Counted from the first letter of the stretch, positions 45,407 through 54,554 are shown. The stretch: 64,000 nucleotides of DNA from Rhodothermales bacterium (GCA_951812335.1 OX638293.1:2523175-2587174), one strand, 5' to 3'. A program made the numbers and translations. The notes: generated by a model from the sequence alone, not told the origin.

Positions 45407-48400
45407 CTACGCCTGCAACCCCGGCGACAGAGCAACCTCGACCGTATCGATCGCTCCATCGCGGCGGAATATGCTTTCGCTGGAGGCAGGGTCGAGCGTC
45501 GATCCGTCCAGAATGCGGGGGGCGCCGTCCCGGTCTGTAATGTGGATACTTGCCTCCTCAGCCACGCGATAGAAGAAGGGCGTCTGGCAACAGGTGAAGG
45601 CCAGCATACCCGGCAGGAGTTCCAGCGTCCGAAGGCGCCCGCCTGTATCGTACCAGCGGAATTCGGCAGGGTGCGTAAGAAATTCGGAGCGGCGCAGCAG
45701 CGTGGGCCGGAAACGGATCTTGCCGTCCCGGATCATGACCCCCAGTTCCCCCCAGCGGCACAGGATATCTTCCTTCACCTGCCCTGTCATGCCCGGCTGT
45801 TGCGCACCCGCATGCGCCGGCGTATGCGAATACGGATCGGAGGGAAAGGCCCCGAATTGCTCCGGCGTTCTGTGCATGCCCAATCCCCCGCGAATAGCGT
45901 AGTACTGTTCGACCAGGGCTTGTTGCACCGCCATGTCCTCCCCGGCGTCCTCCGCAGCCCGAAAACATTCCAGCACCGCAAGCAACAACTTGGACACCAT
46001 GTGCCAGTACACGCTTCCCAGACCCTCGTATCCGAAGAACGTGCCGGAGCGCCCGGTGTACGAGCGGTGATCGAACACGTCCTCGAACAGGGCAAGCACC
46101 GCGTCCCCATCCTGTTCGACCGCCTCGGCGTACCCCTCCCGCCGTAAGGTTTCGAGCGCGGCTTTCACGGAGTCCGCGTTACGGAAGGCGCCGTTGAAAT
46201 GCCACCCCCCTTCCCCGTCCTGCACGATCAACCGGCGATCGCCTGCGTCGGCCAGCGTCCGAAGGAGCGCGATGTCCTCCACCCGACCGGCTTCGAACCG
46301 GTTTTTTTCGATAAACCGGGGCAACGTGCGATCGGGATACAGCAGATAGGTGTTCCGGCGCGGACAATACAGCGGCCCGTCCCTCAGCGTCGATAACACC
46401 TCGAGCGCCTCCCTGCCCGAAAGCGTTCCGGCGCTCAGCACAGCGACCTGCCCTTCCAGCATCGCGTACATAGACCGAAGCGCCACCGTTTTCGGAGACG
46501 TAACCGACATCAGGCTGTAGGCATGAAACAACCCGTCGGGGCGCCGGGCGGTCCGGATACTGTGTTCCGCAAACGCCGAAGCGCGCCCAAGCAATGTCAG
46601 CACCGCATCGCGGCGCACGGCCCGCACCTCGCCGGAAAATCCATCCTCGTATATCTTCCCGCGATACGCGCTCCCCGCTTCGCCCAGCGCGTCCATCACC
46701 GTCCTCCGGTCTTCGTCGGTCCAGACCCCGGCCGCAAGATGTTCGTGCCGGCCGAGCGCTTCGGAAATCGTATCCATGAAACCGGCTGCTTCTTCGGAAA
46801 GCTCGAGGGTTTCGTGCGGCAGACCGGCGAAGAGATCGGCGACAACATCCACGAAACGCCGTACGTAACACAGCGTAACCATGGACACGCCGTACCCCAC
46901 GAGCGCATTATTCGCGTCGTTCCACTCCGGTCGCTGCGTGTTCATCCAGACGCCGCCGCCGGGAATGAAGCCGGTTAGCCGGGCCAGCAGCGTCACCAGC
47001 AATTTTTCGCTCAGATTGACCAGATACACATCGCCGTCGGGACCCGGAACGAGCTTGCCATCCCCCCCGATCTCCGCAACGCGCCGGGTGGAGCGCGCCG
47101 CCGACTCGTCGTCGAAATCGATCGTTTCGTGGGGGTTTTCCAGCATCTCGCGATACGGTCGAATGCGGTACGGTACATCCGCGTAGGCGAATATCTTCCG
47201 CGCAAGAAATTCCTCCAGTCTGCCGGGGTGATGCGCGCGGGAGCATTCGAGCAGTTTAAGCAGATAGGCGACCTGGTGATCGCCCCAATACCCGATGTAT
47301 GACCAGGGATCGTTGGGATCGAGCACCTCCCAGTCGATGCCGTCTTGCGTCAGACGGTAGGGATTGTATCCGTCGGGGGTCGATGCATTGACGAACTTGC
47401 AGACCATGCTTTCGACATATTCCGGATACGAAAAGGCCAGCGCCTCCCAGTTCTGGAAAATATCCCTCCAGTTGCCCTCGTAGGCGATTTTTCGCGAGCC
47501 GTCCTCGTTGTGCGTATCGATGGCGAAGCGGTTCCACGGACGACTCGGATCGCCATGGCGGCGTCCAAACGTAAGCGGCAGGTACTCGTGGCACAGGCGC
47601 TCCATCTGCGGATCGTGCAGGGATTCTGCTTCCGCAAGCAAACGGTGGACCGGCATCCGGTCGGGGAGTCCGGCGATCCATGCCTCATGCCGGGCGGCCA
47701 CGGAACTGTTGCGGCGATGCAGAAAGGACGTCAGATCGAAACGGGATATCAGGCCGTTTCCGACGAACACCCCGCCCCGCATCACATTGAACATCACATG
47801 CGAGAAGTGCCTCGCCGCCATCATCGGCTCGGCGGTACGCTGCAACCCGTCCCCGCCGGCCACGAGGCGAGCCAGCCGCTCGCCCCCTTCCCGGACATCC
47901 TGTTCTATCAGCGAAACAATGTCTGCGCTTCCCCGGGAGGGGTCGTTCAGCATGGCCCGCAACGCCACCGCATCGTCCGGCCCCTGTTTGACATCGGCGA
48001 CGATATACCAGACATGCTCGGTATCGGGCGTCGCGTCGAATGAAGCTTGCACAAAAAAGCCCCCTTTTATACCCCGCACATCCTCTTCTTGTTCCACGAA
48101 CGCTCCCTGCCGGAAGCGGTCCAGCTGGGCCGAAGACAAGAGGTGCGCCTCGGCCTCCAGCCCCACCGACCATGCCGCCGTAGCCATGAGCGCCTCGCTC
48201 GGTTCGGGCTTATCCACCGGGATGGAACTCAATACGAACAGGGCCGGGCCCGCCGGGCCATACCATTCGCTCTTCTTGTAGGCGTCCACCAGGTTGCTGC
48301 GGTCGGCTTGCAGAACCTGGGGAACTCCGTAGGGCAGAATATTCCGGATCCCGTCAAGAACCCGCACCCTTGCCTGCCCGGAGCCGGTATTGCGGAGCGC

Positions 48401-48928
48401 CGACCGCTTGACGAAACCGAATCGCCGGCTGGTGGCCCAGGTATACGCGAAGACAAGCTGGAGGTCGCGATTGATTTCCTCGTAGCGAATCTTGTGTCCG
48501 TACAGGCTCTTGTACAGATTACGCTCGACGGCATACGCTCCCCGATACCGATCCGAAAACGGCTCCCACAGCGCGTGTCCGTCCTGCCGCTCCACCAGCA
48601 GGATCGTTTTCCCGCCCACCTGATCCTGCGCATCGTGGATCTTGTCGTCCGTGCAATAGGGAAAAAGCGCCTGCTCGGCGGTACCTCTGCCTGCCGTCAG
48701 GCCCCCATTGCTCGACGCAAACAGCCAGTGATCGCCATCGCTGACCATCGACATGAAGAAAGGAGGCAATCGGTCGCACCGTCCGATCTTGTAGAACGTC
48801 TCGCCGTCGAGTTCGACGAACGCACCGGTGACCGGGCCATCGATATCCCGCATGGGGACGGCTCCCGCAAAAACGGGGGACCCCGGCGGCGGAGCCGGGG
48901 GCTTACGACTCCCACGGGATGCACTCAC
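45407..48928 (-). CDS. 1173-aa conserved-looking protein of unknown function
   Basis: Single uninterrupted ORF. The GTG start lies 2 nt after the stop of the upstream glycoside hydrolase (an alternative ATG is at 48853). There is no signal peptide and no motif I can assign. The only weak hint is GNWRDIFQNWEAL / WGDHQVAYLLKLLE, which is reminiscent of (alpha/alpha)6-barrel carbohydrate enzymes. Confidence 0.7.
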   Translation of the reverse strand: MSASRGSRKPPAPPPGSPVFAGAVPMRDIDGPVTGAFVELDGETFYKIGRCDRLPPFFMSMVSDGDHWLFASSNGGLTAGRGTAEQALFPYCTDDKIHDAQDQVGGKTILLVERQDGHALWEPFSDRYRGAYAVERNLYKSLYGHKIRYEEINRDLQLVFAYTWATSRRFGFVKRSALRNTGSGQARVRVLDGIRNILPYGVPQVLQADRSNLVDAYKKSEWYGPAGPALFVLSSIPVDKPEPSEALMATAAWSVGLEAEAHLLSSAQLDRFRQGAFVEQEEDVRGIKGGFFVQASFDATPDTEHVWYIVADVKQGPDDAVALRAMLNDPSRGSADIVSLIEQDVREGGERLARLVAGGDGLQRTAEPMMAARHFSHVMFNVMRGGVFVGNGLISRFDLTSFLHRRNSSVAARHEAWIAGLPDRMPVHRLLAEAESLHDPQMERLCHEYLPLTFGRRHGDPSRPWNRFAIDTHNEDGSRKIAYEGNWRDIFQNWEALAFSYPEYVESMVCKFVNASTPDGYNPYRLTQDGIDWEVLDPNDPWSYIGYWGDHQVAYLLKLLECSRAHHPGRLEEFLARKIFAYADVPYRIRPYREMLENPHETIDFDDESAARSTRRVAEIGGDGKLVPGPDGDVYLVNLSEKLLVTLLARLTGFIPGGGVWMNTQRPEWNDANNALVGYGVSMVTLCYVRRFVDVVADLFAGLPHETLELSEEAAGFMDTISEALGRHEHLAAGVWTDEDRRTVMDALGEAGSAYRGKIYEDGFSGEVRAVRRDAVLTLLGRASAFAEHSIRTARRPDGLFHAYSLMSVTSPKTVALRSMYAMLEGQVAVLSAGTLSGREALEVLSTLRDGPLYCPRRNTYLLYPDRTLPRFIEKNRFEAGRVEDIALLRTLADAGDRRLIVQDGEGGWHFNGAFRNADSVKAALETLRREGYAEAVEQDGDAVLALFEDVFDHRSYTGRSGTFFGYEGLGSVYWHMVSKLLLAVLECFRAAEDAGEDMAVQQALVEQYYAIRGGLGMHRTPEQFGAFPSDPYSHTPAHAGAQQPGMTGQVKEDILCRWGELGVMIRDGKIRFRPTLLRRSEFLTHPAEFRWYDTGGRLRTLELLPGMLAFTCCQTPFFYRVAEEASIHITDRDGAPRILDGSTLDPASSESIFRRDGAIDTVEVALSPGLQA

Positions 48929-48930
48929 GA

Positions 48931-50271
48931 TTACGACTCGACGTAGAAAGGAATATTGGCGTGGGCAGCGTGCCCCTCGCCGTCATACACATAGATAAAG
49001 AGGCGGTACGCGCCTTCCTCGGCGGGCGCCGTCAGCGTGACCTCCGGGGTATCCATACGGTCCAGCACGTTCTCTATGTGTTCGGGAACCTCCTCGTCAT
49101 CGCCTCCCGTGCTCTGCACCGTGCTCTCGCGGCGCATCTCCCATTCGTACCGCAGCGCATCGCCGTCCGGATCGACGGACGAGACCGAGGCCGCGTACGA
49201 CTGTCCGGGACGAAGATAAATGCCTTCGTGGGCCTCTTTGCCGTCAAGCAGGGCCTGCTCCAGACGGGGACTCCGGTTCTCGGGCCACGCCCCGTTCCAT
49301 ACGTAATGCATTACGTCGACGGTTTCGGTCTCTTCCCCCGTAGGCAAAAACATGCCGTACCAGGTCGGCGTGCGCTCCTGCTTTTGCCCCCACAGAAAAA
49401 CATACGACCCCACACACTGGTCCCGCATGGATTCGATGACGGTCCGGTAGCGCCTCAGGTAATCGTCGGCCTTGACGGAACTGTTGTTTTCGAGGGGCGC
49501 GCCCCAGGGCGTGCTCGGAACCTCCCAATGGCCGGTAGCGCCCCACTCGGTAACCATGAACGGCCCGTCCCATCCGATTTCTTCGATGTACCGGGGCAGA
49601 TTTTCGATATCCGCGTACATCTGGATACTGAGCAGGTCCAGGTCGGGAGCCCGCATCTTTATGTCGTCGGCCAGCTCCTGCCAGATCCCCGCCAGCATGG
49701 TGGTGGTCAAGTGGTTGGGGTCGATCTCGTGAATCATTTCCGAGATTTCGTTGACGGCGTCCCAGACGCGGGGGTTGGTTGCGCCGAGGTTAAGTTCGTT
49801 GCCGATGCCCCAGACGATCAACGCCGGATGATCCTTGTACTGCATGACTTCGGCCCGAATCCGTTCGAGTTGCTCCGCCACAGCCTCTTCGTCGTCGTAG
49901 TCGAATCCGAAAAACCCCCGTCCTTCGCCCTCGCGCTCCCGAGCGATCTCCAGGCCCATCGTAACCACCAGACCCGCCTCATGGGCACGGCGCAACACCT
50001 CGTCGCCCGTATCGCGCCCGTTGTCCGTACGCCATGTTCTGAACGAATTGGCCCCGTTCTGCGCCAACCGCTCTATATCGCCGAACTCGAGACCTGCCCC
50101 GTGGATGTAAAAAGGCTCCCCGTCCTTGAGCAGTTCGTAGCGGCCGTCCACCTGCCGCAATTCCATCTTGACCGGCCCTTCGACGGAAGGGGTTTCCGCA
50201 CTCGACCGGCACCCCGAAAGAACAAGCGTGGAGAGTAAGAGGCCTGCGATGGGACCATACGATGATTTCAT
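48931..50271 (-). CDS. clan GH-A (beta/alpha)8 glycoside hydrolase lipoprotein with C-terminal beta-sandwich
   Basis: Lipobox LVLSGC. Acid/base block VWGIGNELN and nucleophile block FMVTEWG. Confidence 0.75.
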   Translation of the reverse strand: MKSSYGPIAGLLLSTLVLSGCRSSAETPSVEGPVKMELRQVDGRYELLKDGEPFYIHGAGLEFGDIERLAQNGANSFRTWRTDNGRDTGDEVLRRAHEAGLVVTMGLEIAREREGEGRGFFGFDYDDEEAVAEQLERIRAEVMQYKDHPALIVWGIGNELNLGATNPRVWDAVNEISEMIHEIDPNHLTTTMLAGIWQELADDIKMRAPDLDLLSIQMYADIENLPRYIEEIGWDGPFMVTEWGATGHWEVPSTPWGAPLENNSSVKADDYLRRYRTVIESMRDQCVGSYVFLWGQKQERTPTWYGMFLPTGEETETVDVMHYVWNGAWPENRSPRLEQALLDGKEAHEGIYLRPGQSYAASVSSVDPDGDALRYEWEMRRESTVQSTGGDDEEVPEHIENVLDRMDTPEVTLTAPAEEGAYRLFIYVYDGEGHAAHANIPFYVES

Positions 50272-50293
50272 GATGTGTTATACTCGAGAACGT

Positions 50294-50329
50294 GAAGCGC
50301 CGGGCGAAGTGGTTTTGATCAGAGTATCC
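50294..50329 (+). repeat. dispersed repeat, 36-nt version (GAAGCGCCGGGCGAAGTGGTTTTGATCAGAGTATCC)
   Basis: Lies between the MFS stop (50397) and the GH start (50271). It is antisense to both genes. Confidence 0.8.
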
Positions 50330-50396
50330 GATAGTTGCCGGGACGGCATGTATGTAGGGGGTACAGCGTCGATCCGCGTGGAGGCGCCGGAGACGA

Positions 50397-51953
50397 TCAT
50401 TTCACGAGTATTTTTTCCAGTTCCTCCAGCGATTTCCCTTTCGTTTCCGGCAGCACCGCCATGACGAAAACGAATCCGACGGCAGCGAACAGACCGTAAA
50501 TCAGGAACGTCGGGGCGCTGCCGATCTGGGATAATTCCCACGGAAACACGAGTTGCACCGTAAAACTCACGGCGGAGTTGATCAGGCCCACGAAGGAAAT
50601 AGCCAGACCGCGAATGCGGTTGGGGAACAGTTCGGAAAAGAGCACCCACATCACCGGTCCGATCGACACCGCGAAAAAGGCGACGAAGGCGAGGATGCCC
50701 GCCAGGATCAGCCCGGGGTTAATGTCGATAGCAGCCGTGACCAGCGTACTTTCGTGCTGTCGGGCGGCCTCCTCGCCAAGCGCATCGGCCACGGCAGCCT
50801 TGAAGGCCACGTCGGAATCGTACGTCCGATCGGCCATGGATTCGAGCGCAACGGTTGGAACCTCTTCCGGCAGCGAAGCAATAGCATCCGGGGTAAGGGT
50901 ATAACTCGCCTGGAAGAATCCGAACGCCAGCACCAGCATGGACACGGTGACGCCGCCCAGCCCGACGGCGAGCAGCGGCTTGCGCCCGAGGCGGTCGATG
51001 AGCAATATGGCCAGTACGGTAAAAACAAGATTGGTCAAGCCGACCAGAATGGCCTGCATGAACGACGCGTTCGTGCCGATGCCGGATTGCTCGAAGATCA
51101 TCGGCGCATAGAAGAACACCGCATTGATGCCGGTGATCTGCTGGATGACAGCCACGACGACGCCAATAAGCAGCACCAGGCGAAGGGCCGGAGCGAACAA
51201 CTCGCGCAGGGGCGCTTTTACCTTGCCGGCGTCACTGGCGATGCTCGCTTTTACGGCTTGAATCTCCTCGTCCGCGCGTCCCTCGCCGCTGGCCCGAATC
51301 ATGATGGGCCGCGCCAGCGCCTCCCGTCCCCGCATGATCAGCCAGCGAGGACTTTCCGGCACGAAGAAGAGGCACGAGAAGTAGAGCACGGCGGGAAGCG
51401 TTTCCAGACCCAGCATCCAGCGCCAGTTCCAGGGGCCGAAGCGAAGCGCCTCCGCCCATGCCATGTCCGATTGCCCCAACAGCAGTACGAGGTAATTCGT
51501 AAAGAACGCCACCGAGATGCCGATCACGATATTCAATTGATTGAACGACACCAGCTTCCCCCGCACGGCCGGAGGCGAAATCTCGGCGATATACATCGGC
51601 GCAATGATGAGCGAGGCCCCTACCCCGAACCCTCCGATCATGCGGGCCGCCACCAGAAACCAGAAAGAAGGCGCCAGCGCGGAAGCGATCGCCGACACGG
51701 CATACAGTACGGCGGCGAAAAACAGCACCCGCCGACGCCCGAGGGCATCGCTCAGCGGGCCGGCCACCATCATGGCCAGGGTGGCCGTAAGGGTCAACGA
51801 ACTGACCGCCCAGCCGAGCTCCAGTTTGGTCAGGGTAAACTGCGTCTCGATGAATCCGACAACGCCGGATATGACCGAGGCGTCGAAGCCCATCAGAAAG
51901 CCCCCGAGGGCCACGATCAGGGCGGTACGGGTTATGTAGCTTCGATCAGGCAC
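50397..51953 (-). CDS. MFS sugar porter family transporter (sugar:H+ symporter)
   Basis: 518 aa with the signatures DALGRRRVL, PESPRWL and PETKGKSLEE. Confidence 0.9.
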   Translation of the reverse strand: MPDRSYITRTALIVALGGFLMGFDASVISGVVGFIETQFTLTKLELGWAVSSLTLTATLAMMVAGPLSDALGRRRVLFFAAVLYAVSAIASALAPSFWFLVAARMIGGFGVGASLIIAPMYIAEISPPAVRGKLVSFNQLNIVIGISVAFFTNYLVLLLGQSDMAWAEALRFGPWNWRWMLGLETLPAVLYFSCLFFVPESPRWLIMRGREALARPIMIRASGEGRADEEIQAVKASIASDAGKVKAPLRELFAPALRLVLLIGVVVAVIQQITGINAVFFYAPMIFEQSGIGTNASFMQAILVGLTNLVFTVLAILLIDRLGRKPLLAVGLGGVTVSMLVLAFGFFQASYTLTPDAIASLPEEVPTVALESMADRTYDSDVAFKAAVADALGEEAARQHESTLVTAAIDINPGLILAGILAFVAFFAVSIGPVMWVLFSELFPNRIRGLAISFVGLINSAVSFTVQLVFPWELSQIGSAPTFLIYGLFAAVGFVFVMAVLPETKGKSLEELEKILVK

Positions 51954-52044
51954 GGCATATACATATTCAACGTTTGGGAATCCCTAACATATCTCCCTTT
52001 GCGGCGGTATACAAATTTCTCGTCGGATGCACCGAAAAAAGAGG
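51632..52044. repeat. 413-bp direct repeat, copy A (5' 322 nt of the MFS gene plus 91 nt upstream)
   Basis: Base-by-base comparison with 54555-54967 gives 410/413 identical, at an offset of 2923 bp. Confidence 0.95.
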
Positions 52045-52788
52045 AATTACCGGGTTAACTTGACGGATCCTTGATCCAGCCCGTATGTTCCGTTTATGGA
52101 ATCTACCTAGACAAATCATGCAGCGTCGCGGCGGTCGTATCTTCGACGACCTCGGCCTTGATCTTGCCGGTCGCCCGATCTTTTGCGCCAACGACTGCCG
52201 TCTTGCCTACGACGCCCCTGCCTGCGTGCAGCTTTTTTGACTCGTGCTTGTTCGCTTCTTTGCCGCCGACGAACGTCTCGTCCACCTCTACCGGGCCGCC
52301 GAAGAGATTGTCTTCTCCGGCGTCGAACGCCTTGCGAATCCGTTGGAGCAGATGCCACGCGCTGCTCTGGTGAATATCTATGTCCCGTGCAATCTTCGTG
52401 CTCGATACGCCTTTCAGGCTCGTCATGTGCAGGTAGATGGCGTATACCCACTTGCGCAGCGGAAGCCGCGAGGCTTCCATGACCGTGCCAACCCTGACGC
52501 TGAAATACTTCCGGCAATCGGTGCACCAGTAGGGCATAGGCTTTGCAGCCTTCACCTCGCGGGTGCGGGTGCTCTTGCAGCGCGGGCAATGGCGCCCGTC
52601 GGGCCAGATGCGGGATTCGAACCACCGCCGGGCCGCTTCCTCGTCGGGAAACATCTCGGCCAACTGCATTACGGATATGCCGTTTCGATGTGTTCTGTGA
52701 GCCATGTTTTTGATCTCTCTATATTCGTTATAACTATCTGTAAATATAGGAACTTACATCAAAAATATCAAGTTAACCCGGTAATTCC
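52043..52788 (-). mobile_element. internally deleted IS1595-family element (746 bp) with perfect 21-bp terminal inverted repeats
   Basis: GGAATTACCGGGTTAACTTGA at 52043-52063 and its exact reverse complement at 52768-52788. The element encloses a truncated transposase. The flanking 8-mers differ, so there is no target-site duplication. Confidence 0.85.
52103..52705 (-). pseudogene. IS1595-family transposase, N-terminal 200 aa only (Zn-ribbon plus start of ISXO2-like domain)
   Basis: CPRC...C..C zinc ribbon, LPLRKWVYAIYL, and VEVDETFVGGKEANKH. The ORF ends at ...TLHDLSR, with only a short out-of-frame FHKRNIR remnant of the C-terminus before the IR. The DDE core is missing. Confidence 0.8.
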
Positions 52789-52835
52789 TTTTTCAGATAA
52801 TTTCACTTCCTTTTCATTTTTTTTGCGCCAGGGTC

Positions 52836-52864
52836 TTGACATTGCCGGATCGCCTCCTTACATT
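52836..52864 (+). promoter_or_regulatory. sigma70-type promoter-like element facing the cargo ORFs
   Basis: TTGACA (52836-41), a 17-nt spacer, then TACATT (52859-64). A direct ACATTGCC repeat spans both elements. Confidence 0.4.
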
Positions 52865-52928
52865 GCCATCCGGTGTGAGGATTTCCATAAATCCGGTTTT
52901 TGTACAACTTGCTTTTGGGGGGATTGCG

Positions 52929-53168
52929 ATGACTCATTTCTTACATACCTGCTGGGATTTTGCTAATACGCATTACTTCCTTGATCGGCCTCTCTCCTTC
53001 TATATTAAGGTCATTGTTCCTTTTATTCTTTTTATGTTGTTTTATGATACTGTTCATGCACAACAAAGGGGGCATCCTTGTAATCGAGCTTTTTCGAGTT
53101 ATAATGAAGCAAATTGTCGAAACTGCTTTGGGTCTTCAAGATTGGCAAGCTACCCCGAATATTTATAG
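52929..53168 (+). CDS. alternative small ORF (79 aa) with hydrophobic segment; may be a frame artefact of T-rich DNA
   Basis: ATG preceded by GGGGG. It encodes ...IKVIVPFILFMLFYDTVHA-QQRGHPCNRAF..., and overlaps the next ORF by 65 nt in another frame. Confidence 0.2.
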   Translation: MTHFLHTCWDFANTHYFLDRPLSFYIKVIVPFILFMLFYDTVHAQQRGHPCNRAFSSYNEANCRNCFGSSRLASYPEYL

Positions 53169-53478
53169 AAATTGGGACCCTTGGCTTGGAGGTTGGGGCT
53201 ATGGTTATGGTACGCCTGATCCTTGTTATCAGGATGCCGGGATGACTCGTCTTATTGGGGCTGGTGGTATAGTTGGAGGTTATGGAGCTAATTCGCCTTT
53301 AACTTCATTTTTTGGTGCTGTAACGTTTTATCAGGGAATTCGACAACATAATAATTGCTATGGTACTTCTGAGGATAATTGGAATTTCTTCGGATGGGGA
53401 CGTGGTTCTGATAACGACCCATCATCTTATTGTTCAGCTAGAGAAAGTCACTGTGATGATGGTGATCGTCGTGAATAA
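53104..53478 (+). CDS. Gly/Trp/Tyr-rich four-cysteine small protein (124 aa), unknown function
   Basis: MKQIVETALGLQDWQATPNIYRNWDPWLGGWGYGYGTPDPCYQDAGMTRLIGAGGIVGGYGANSPL...NNCYG...SYCSARESHCDDGDRRE. The ORF opens at a TTG at 52960, which would add a hydrophobic N-terminal helix. G+C is below that of the core genes. Confidence 0.4.
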   Translation: MKQIVETALGLQDWQATPNIYRNWDPWLGGWGYGYGTPDPCYQDAGMTRLIGAGGIVGGYGANSPLTSFFGAVTFYQGIRQHNNCYGTSEDNWNFFGWGRGSDNDPSSYCSARESHCDDGDRRE

Positions 53479-53549
53479 ACGATATGCTCTCGTGTGATTT
53501 ACAAGTTTTTTGTATCTCATCTTGAATTGAACGCTAGAGTATATCATTG

Positions 53550-54090
53550 GGAATTACTTGGCAAAGCCGCGTGGTATCCGAGCCAGCGCGTACGCGGGGC
53601 ATCTGTGTTTGTCGGTACGATTGAGATTGACGAATACCTACATGGGCGGTAAGGAAGCAAATAAGCACCGAAACAAGGAATCTTTCGCTTGACGCGGTAC
53701 AGCGAGCAAGGTGGCCGTCATGGGTGCAAAGCAGCAGGCTGGCGAGATCGTTTCCTGCCCTTATAGATTGGGGGCCAGAAGAGACGCTGGCCGGGTTCGC
53801 GCTCTAAATCCGGCCTAGCCCGGCGAAACAGTTTACACAGACGATCACAGAGCATACCGGAACCTGCGACATACATTCCGGGTCAGAATTTTTTTAAGCC
53901 ATACCCCTCAAGCGTGGATACAAGGACACGTTGCATAAAATCGGGCGGAAGCACCCCGACGGCTATGTCAACGAGATTGCCGGACGGCACAATATCCGGG
54001 GCTTCGATACACTGGACCAGATGGCTGCTATCGTGCGGGGCATGGACCAAAAACGTCCTCGGTACACCGTATCGCAGGATCCGTATACAG
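53550..54090 (+). pseudogene. decayed IS1595-family transposase (5'-truncated, frameshifted, internally deleted)
   Basis: Piecewise frames read ...AAWYPSQRVRGA..GTIEIDEY / MGGKEANKHRNKE / RGTASKVAVMGAKQQAGEI / PEETLAGFAL* / LKRGYKDTLHKIGRKHPDGYVNEIAGRHNIRGFDTLDQMAAIVRGM. These pieces are colinear with IS1595 transposases but are broken by stops. Confidence 0.7.
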
Positions 54091-54127
54091 GTAAAATGAC
54101 AAAGCCGAATAACTATGGTGCTCTATC

Positions 54128-54439
54128 ATGTCCTTGACTAAAATAAACTATATTGCATGGAGTCTTATCCTGATTCCTTGTTTGCAATTTGCATATAATA
54201 TAATTCATTATGTTAATCTTGGAGCTCCAGTAAGTGCTATCATTGTACCTGCTGTTAGCGGTTTTGTCACAAATTTTTTGTTATTTTTCTTTCTTGGACG
54301 TTTCATTGTACAAACGGCTATCAATAAGCGCATACTCCGTAGACTTGATGAATTGAATCGTGCTTCTGCGCCTCCGGGCTATCCGGAAACTCTTGAGGAA
54401 CTGGACTCTCAACCGGGCGCACGCTCGGGCGATTCTTGA
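54128..54439 (+). CDS. small two-TM membrane protein (103 aa), unknown function
   Basis: Helices INYIAWSLILIPCLQFAYNIIHYV and VSAIIVPAVSGFVTNFLLFFFLGRFIV, followed by a charged tail. This is the most AT-rich gene in the window. Confidence 0.45.
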   Translation: MSLTKINYIAWSLILIPCLQFAYNIIHYVNLGAPVSAIIVPAVSGFVTNFLLFFFLGRFIVQTAINKRILRRLDELNRASAPPGYPETLEELDSQPGARSGDS

Positions 54440-54554
54440 GTCATTCCCTGCATTTGCCTTCGCGCTGGCGCGAGCGAGAGCACGTTCCCGGGCCGGCTGC
54501 CCCAGTGCGATCTTGGTGGCCCGTGCACCTGGCTATCGTTGCACACCCTATCCT

